From a virus, in the IMG/VR virus record IMGVR_UViG_3300028394_002659: a stretch of 64,000 nt of DNA; one strand, 5' to 3'. The notes under the pieces were generated by a model that saw nothing but the letters and a program-made list of their open reading frames with translations, did no database searches and was not told the origin of the DNA. Made by a program: the position numbers and the translations under genes. Shown here piece after piece: positions 62,006 to 64,000 of the stretch (positions are counted from its first letter, which is position 1; every line of letters starts with the position of its first letter).

Positions 62006-63438
62006 TTTTTCTTTCCTGATTTCATGTTGGCACACCAGTGGTACATTTTGGCACGTTCGCCTGATGCCTTATTGGCCCGAGCACGTAGATCAGTTACACT
62101 TCCGTCGCAACTGGCACCTGAACGTTTCACACGCCCAGGGCGACTTTTGCCTTTGACTCGGCCATCTGCAAAGTTTTCTGCCACATCTTGTTTTAATGAT
62201 TGTTTTAGGTATTGTTCACCTTCACCGGTTACATACCAATATCCATCGTCATCTACAATATAACCGTTACTACTCAAACTATCTAATACATTATCATACT
62301 CTGAGGTTCTTGATTCATCTTCTTGGAAATCTAATCCCAATTGTGTTGCGGTATAGATAGCATGTAAAACTAATAATTTACCTAATCCTTTGCCTTTGAA
62401 TTCTGGATAAACCTCGGCTATGCTACGACCTGTAGTAGCATTATATTGGTATACTCCAACTGGGTTGTTACCCATACTTAAAGTAGTTGCAAATTTGTTT
62501 TTACCTTTTTGTACCTTAAAACTAACTCTATTATCATCCAAGCCTTCCGCTACACCTTGCTGACCTGGCACTGTATCAGAAATGGTTATCATATTGTCAG
62601 GAACTATTTGTACAGGCACACGGCCACGGTATCCAGCCTCTTGATATGCTAAGAATCTATGATTCCCATCTATTACAAAAAGTTGTCCATTATTATTCCA
62701 CACAAGCAAAGGCTTTAATACACCATTTTGTTTTAGTTCTGGTAAAAGTTTATTTGTGACCCAGTCAGCAATTTTAGGGTCTTTCATTGATTTGTGCTTT
62801 TCCCACATCTGTAATTTATTAAACGGTTCTTGTGTTGTTCTTAAACTTTTCTTTATGCCATCATCTATTGTGGCACCTTTATTATTTGTGTAAATGACCA
62901 CTGGTTTTTGTTCTGTGCCTTCTGTCATGTCTTGCTTGACAGGCACAAGAGCAGGTACACTGGTTAGACCTGCTTCAGACGCGGCCATGGCACGATGGTT
63001 GCCATCAATGATCCAACCCGCAGGATCAACCACAATGGGACTAGACTTTAACACTGATGCAATACGTGGTATCAATTCTTGAACTTTGTCATTGTCCACC
63101 CAGTTCACACGATTGTAAGGATCCGGTTCTTCGCCATCAGGGTCTAAGTTCAGTTGTGACAAGGGAATGTTCTTCAATTCCCACTCGGGATGATCAGTTA
63201 TGCTGTATTCAATGTCAAATGCTTCTGGAGCATGAGCACGTTTGACATAGTCAAGCACTTGGTCAGCCGCCATGGCTTCCAACATACTTTGCTTTGACTC
63301 TCCGCCACCGCCACCATCACCGCCGCCTTCACCGGCATCGCCGCCATAGAAACCATATCCAGGAAAAAAGTATCCCCCATAGCCGCGGGTTTTCTTACTG
63401 CGTTTTTTGCGTTCAGTAATAAATTCTTGTGCTCTCAT
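62002..63438 (-). CDS. modular protein: two ParB/Srx-like domains + GNAT-like domain + basic C-terminal module
   Basis: IDGNHR twice; VYPEFKGKGLGK; MRAQEFITE N-terminus. Confidence 0.75.
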   Translation of the reverse strand: MRAQEFITERKKRSKKTRGYGGYFFPGYGFYGGDAGEGGGDGGGGGESKQSMLEAMAADQVLDYVKRAHAPEAFDIEYSITDHPEWELKNIPLSQLNLDPDGEEPDPYNRVNWVDNDKVQELIPRIASVLKSSPIVVDPAGWIIDGNHRAMAASEAGLTSVPALVPVKQDMTEGTEQKPVVIYTNNKGATIDDGIKKSLRTTQEPFNKLQMWEKHKSMKDPKIADWVTNKLLPELKQNGVLKPLLVWNNNGQLFVIDGNHRFLAYQEAGYRGRVPVQIVPDNMITISDTVPGQQGVAEGLDDNRVSFKVQKGKNKFATTLSMGNNPVGVYQYNATTGRSIAEVYPEFKGKGLGKLLVLHAIYTATQLGLDFQEDESRTSEYDNVLDSLSSNGYIVDDDGYWYVTGEGEQYLKQSLKQDVAENFADGRVKGKSRPGRVKRSGASCDGSVTDLRARANKASGERAKMYHWCANMKSGKKK

Positions 63439-63439
63439 G

Positions 63440-64000
63440 TTAGGCTCCAGTCCAGGTTGCCATTATGGGCGCGATTTCGGTCAAGTCATTGTCTTCCGCC
63501 ACACCCGGCTTGGGAATCAACAACTCAGGCATGCGATATTCACTAACATCTACTGGATATGGCTGTAATGATGCTTTGTATGCCTCAGCATATTGTTCTT
63601 GTTCTTCAGGTGTCTTTGCTCTGTAAAACTTGTTGGCAATGGCCATATCGCCTACTAGAGTTCCTGGTGGAATTGAAATCTTTTTTGGACCATAGTATTT
63701 TAATTTGTCAGAATCTTTGTTGGTCAAACTGTAGAAGGTTGATTCCCATTTGTCTGGGTGCAAGGCATATTGTGCAGTTGCTCGTTCTGGAACAAACTGT
63801 GCCAGTGTATCTGCACCGGGATGAAATTTACCCAACTTGGATAAACTTATAGCAGTATCATTGCTTTTGTCTTCCGCCATGCCCGGTGTATGTGTGGGTT
63901 GTGTCAATTGAGAGAACTCACGCCTGGCATGTTGTAGGGCATCAACTGCATGAGTTGATGACATTGCCTTCTTTCTTTTGTCGGTCTTTTTCCATGTGAC
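63440..64000 (-). CDS. modular putative head protein, start beyond the right window edge
   Basis: Frame stays open to the edge; PGMAED / PGVAED linkers. Confidence 0.6.
   Translation of the reverse strand, partial: VTWKKTDKRKKAMSSTHAVDALQHARREFSQLTQPTHTPGMAEDKSNDTAISLSKLGKFHPGADTLAQFVPERATAQYALHPDKWESTFYSLTNKDSDKLKYYGPKKISIPPGTLVGDMAIANKFYRAKTPEEQEQYAEAYKASLQPYPVDVSEYRMPELLIPKPGVAEDNDLTEIAPIMATWTGA

Noticed and set aside
263-63852. Most plus-strand ORFs antisense to large genes (e.g. 42701-43786, 29566-30084)
   Set aside because: They are shadow ORFs of well-supported minus-strand genes; only 56210-59236 is supported on the plus strand
1-64000. Stop-codon recoding or suppressor tRNAs
   Set aside because: Long genes are intact in code 11, and no CUA/UCA/UUA anticodon was found among the 26 tRNAs
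1-64000. CRISPR array
   Set aside because: No regularly spaced direct repeats were seen; the cassette RNAs are inverted-repeat units with dissimilar arms

Overview
This window is a 64-kb segment of a large (jumbo-type) dsDNA tailed phage, coded almost entirely on the minus strand with the standard genetic code. The host is probably an aquatic betaproteobacterium, inferred from two Bug/TctC proteins, a Burkholderiales-like rubrerythrin and TauD. In transcription order (right to left) it carries: modular virion/head proteins and Dps; family-B DNA polymerase and a sliding clamp; a 7-deazaguanine DNA-modification cluster (DpdA/TGT-like, DpdL-like, FolE, QueD, QueE, no recognisable QueC) interleaved with glycosyltransferases and a nucleotide-sugar/C-methylation pathway; RNase H; small early genes; and a translation-support island. 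The island holds 26 tRNAs covering all 20 amino acids, a circularly permuted tmRNA, several unannotated structured RNAs and paralogous PP-loop ATPases. Further left are rubrerythrin/rubredoxin under a putative OxyR box, rpoZ and a MoxR/VWA pair. The most striking unexplained structure is a pair of leaderless mini-ORFs, each followed by an antiterminator/terminator switch, at the head of two tRNA blocks. Each mini-ORF carries codons read by the tRNAs it sits upstream of (Trp/Ala/Tyr; Glu/Asp), which suggests a phage attenuation circuit that senses tRNA shortage and switches on replacement tRNAs. All calls were made by eye; no database searches were run.
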